A stretch of DNA of 61,249 nucleotides, filler included, from Basidioascus undulatus (taxonomy: Eukaryota), in the NCBI GenBank assembly GCA_000826855.1. It is 3 parts of 3 records of this genome, joined end to end, with 100 filler letters (N's around TTAATTAATTAA, not from the genome) between each part and the next. Parts side by side here need not be neighbours in the genome. Positions count along the whole stretch, not along the records: positions 40,938 to 61,249 come from JTLS01000377.1; 2 more parts are not named here. One strand, 5' to 3'. Below the pieces are notes generated by a model. The model was not told the origin of the DNA. It searched no databases and worked only from the letters and a program-made list of their open reading frames with translations. The position numbers and the translations under genes were made by a program. Positions 59,147 to 61,249 of this stretch are shown piece after piece. How positions within the stretch are numbered: position 1 is the stretch's first letter; the number at the start of each line of letters is the position of its first letter.

Positions 59147-61249
59147 TCAGAATCGCCCATATCCTCCCACGCCAATCCCAGCGCCAATGCCGTTCGGCAA
59201 GCTGACGTTCTGCGCGCGCCGGGCGTTCCCGCCCGCGCCGCCGAAACCGTTGGTGACACCGGCGCCGGCGCCGGCGGGAGGCCCGCCCAGCTGCGGCTGC
59301 GGCGAGTGCGAGCCTGTGCTGCCCGAGCCCGAGCCCGCGGGGCTCGCGGTGCGCGCAGTGAGGTGCTGCTGCTGGTGCCGCTGCAGCGACTGGAGCTCGT
59401 AGAACGCAAAATCTGTGTACGCAGGGTCGTTGGCCTTCAATATCCGCGCTGTGCTGAGAGGCCAGGGGGATAGGGTTGGGATGGGAGGACGAACCTTGGA
59501 GCAGCGATGTCCGCGCGGGGTGTGTGTGGAAGATGCGCAGCATCTCCGTACCCGCGTCCGGCAGGAGTTCGGTCGTGTCGCGCGAGTTGGTCACGGGCTT
59601 GCGCTCCTGCGTGTTGCTGTACCACCGCAACTCATCGTCAGCCCTCATTTGTCGCCCAGGCAGCAGCTGGAGGGGGTTGCGAGGAAAACGCACTTCAATC
59701 GGATGTGCCGCAGGCTCGAGTTCGGAATGTCCTTCACGAAGATCCAGCGGACCTGCCGTGTCGCCCGATTCGCCGCATCAGTGTCCGTTCGTTCCGAAAT
59801 TTGAAGGCTTGAAAAAAAATGCCGCCGAGCTGAAACGCACCTTGAACACGCCCTTCCATTTCCCGTCCTGCGCCCAGACGCTCGAACTCGTCGTATAGTC
59901 CACCTGCGTGAGCATCTGCGCGACGCCGCAGAAGTGGCCGCTGCGGGGTTCCCATGCTCATCAGCACGCATGACATGCGGGGCGGAAGTCGGATGAGGGG
60001 AGGTCAGAAGATTGGGATGGGGGACTTACGAGGCGTTGACAGAGAAGAAGAGGTAGATCGGGCCTTTGTCCGCAGACTCTTTGAACGCGCGGTCGAGGCG
60101 CTGGTTGCCGAGCTGCAGAGGGCAGAAGCAGGTGTCAGGGGAAGATGAGGCGAGCATAGCGAGGTTGGAGGGCAGAACGTACTTCGGTCGACGCCCAGAT
60201 GTTGTACTTGAGGGATTTGCTGCAGAAAAGAAAGAGTTTGAGCTGTGGGCAGGTGGGAGTGTGAAGAGGGGGCGTGAAAGACGGACTGCACGTCGTCCTC
60301 CTGTTTTTACGGAAGGCCACAGTATCAGCAACCAGTTCTTGAGTTCCGACTTAAGAGAGCAACGCACAGTGTACGACTTGATCACGAAATACTGTACCCC
60401 ACCCTCTCAAGTCAGTCCCTCCCCTTCTTCCCTGCTCCCCTCGATGGTCCCAGCGACGCACCCTAGCATAAGCCGGCTTCGTATCAAACACGCGCGGGTT
60501 GTACCCGTTCTGGGCGATGAGCGTCGGCACGTCGATGGGGCTCATGAGGTTGAGCGGCTCCTGCGCGCCCTGCCCCTGCTGCTGGGCAAGCTGCGGCAGG
60601 GGCGCCTGCTGCTGCTGTGACGCGAGCGGCTGGTGGAACCCGTTGGTCGCGTTGTCCAGCATCGGGAACGGCGCAGGCCCGCCCCCCCCGCCGGTGCCGG
60701 AGAGGAGCGCGGTATTGATGCTCGGCATTGGGGGAGGGTGCGGGAGCGCGTGGCCCGTCATCGGGTCGAACCTGCGAAAAATTGAGCAGCATTGTCAGGA
60801 ATGAATCGGACAGGCAGATGGGGACAGGGATGAATGTGAGGTGATGGAGGAAGGACGCACCGCCACTGGTTCTGCGGCGGCGGGTGATGCGGGAGGTTCT
60901 GCTGGTGCTGGTGCTGCAGCTGCTGCAGCAGCACATGTGGGGGCTCGTCGTACCCCGCACGAGGCCCGACAATGGCGTCGCGCTCGTTCCACACGCTCGC
61001 AGTAGCAGAGAACGGCTTAGCGTACGCGGTGGGGATGCCCTGCGCCGCGGCGGCGCGGGGGAAGATGGGGCTCTCGGCCGCGGCGGTGCGGCTGTGGCCG
61101 ATAGGGGGCACGAAGGCCGCGGCGCTCGCGGGCCCGCGCTGGGGGGGCATGTTGGAGAAGTCTGTGATGAGCTGGAGTTTGCGAGAGGAAGAGGGCGGGG
61201 TGGTTCGGATCGCACGCGACCTGAGAGGCTGATGCTCGCTGGGTGTGAC
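59147..61249 (-). CDS. YTH-domain m6A reader (YTHDF/Pho92-like); 5' end probably beyond the window
   Basis: [70 protein letters not shown] and [11 protein letters not shown]-rich N-region. Confidence 0.93.

Noticed and set aside
1..61249. tRNA or rRNA genes
   Set aside because: None were recognised by eye. A tRNAscan or Rfam run would be needed to exclude them.

Overview
Intron-rich, GC-rich fungal genomic DNA, probably a basidiomycete yeast (Rhodotorula/Microbotryomycetes-like; the taxon is an inference). Three contigs are joined by artificial N44-TTAATTAATTAA-N44 spacers at 20426-20525 and 40838-40937. Contig 1 holds a PDR16-type CRAL-TRIO gene, an SV2-like MFS transporter, an F-box-like gene, a secreted repeat protein and a very long acidic protein ending KKRRCVIM (CaaX). 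Contig 2 carries the most interesting system, a five-gene amino-sugar cluster (24699-38870): an AnmK/levoglucosan-kinase-family kinase divergent from an NGT1/NOPE1-like UNC-93 transporter, a Zn2Cys6 regulator, and a divergent nagA(DAC1)/nagB(NAG1) pair. I recognise no hexokinase-type GlcNAc kinase and no MurQ etherase on this contig. That suggests an undescribed fungal route for a 1,6-anhydro-N-acetylamino sugar, or an AnmK-family GlcNAc kinase (inference). The cluster is flanked by a palindrome/tandem-repeat region with a frameshifted modin-like ORF on one side and by a transposon-like relic on the other. Contig 3 holds a DUF1295 gene, ornithine decarboxylase with a spliced, AUG-free leader containing a candidate non-AUG uORF ending Pro-Pro-stop, degenerate YbjQ-like paralogs and a YTH m6A reader. 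All gene models were spliced by hand and family calls rest on recalled motifs, not on database searches.
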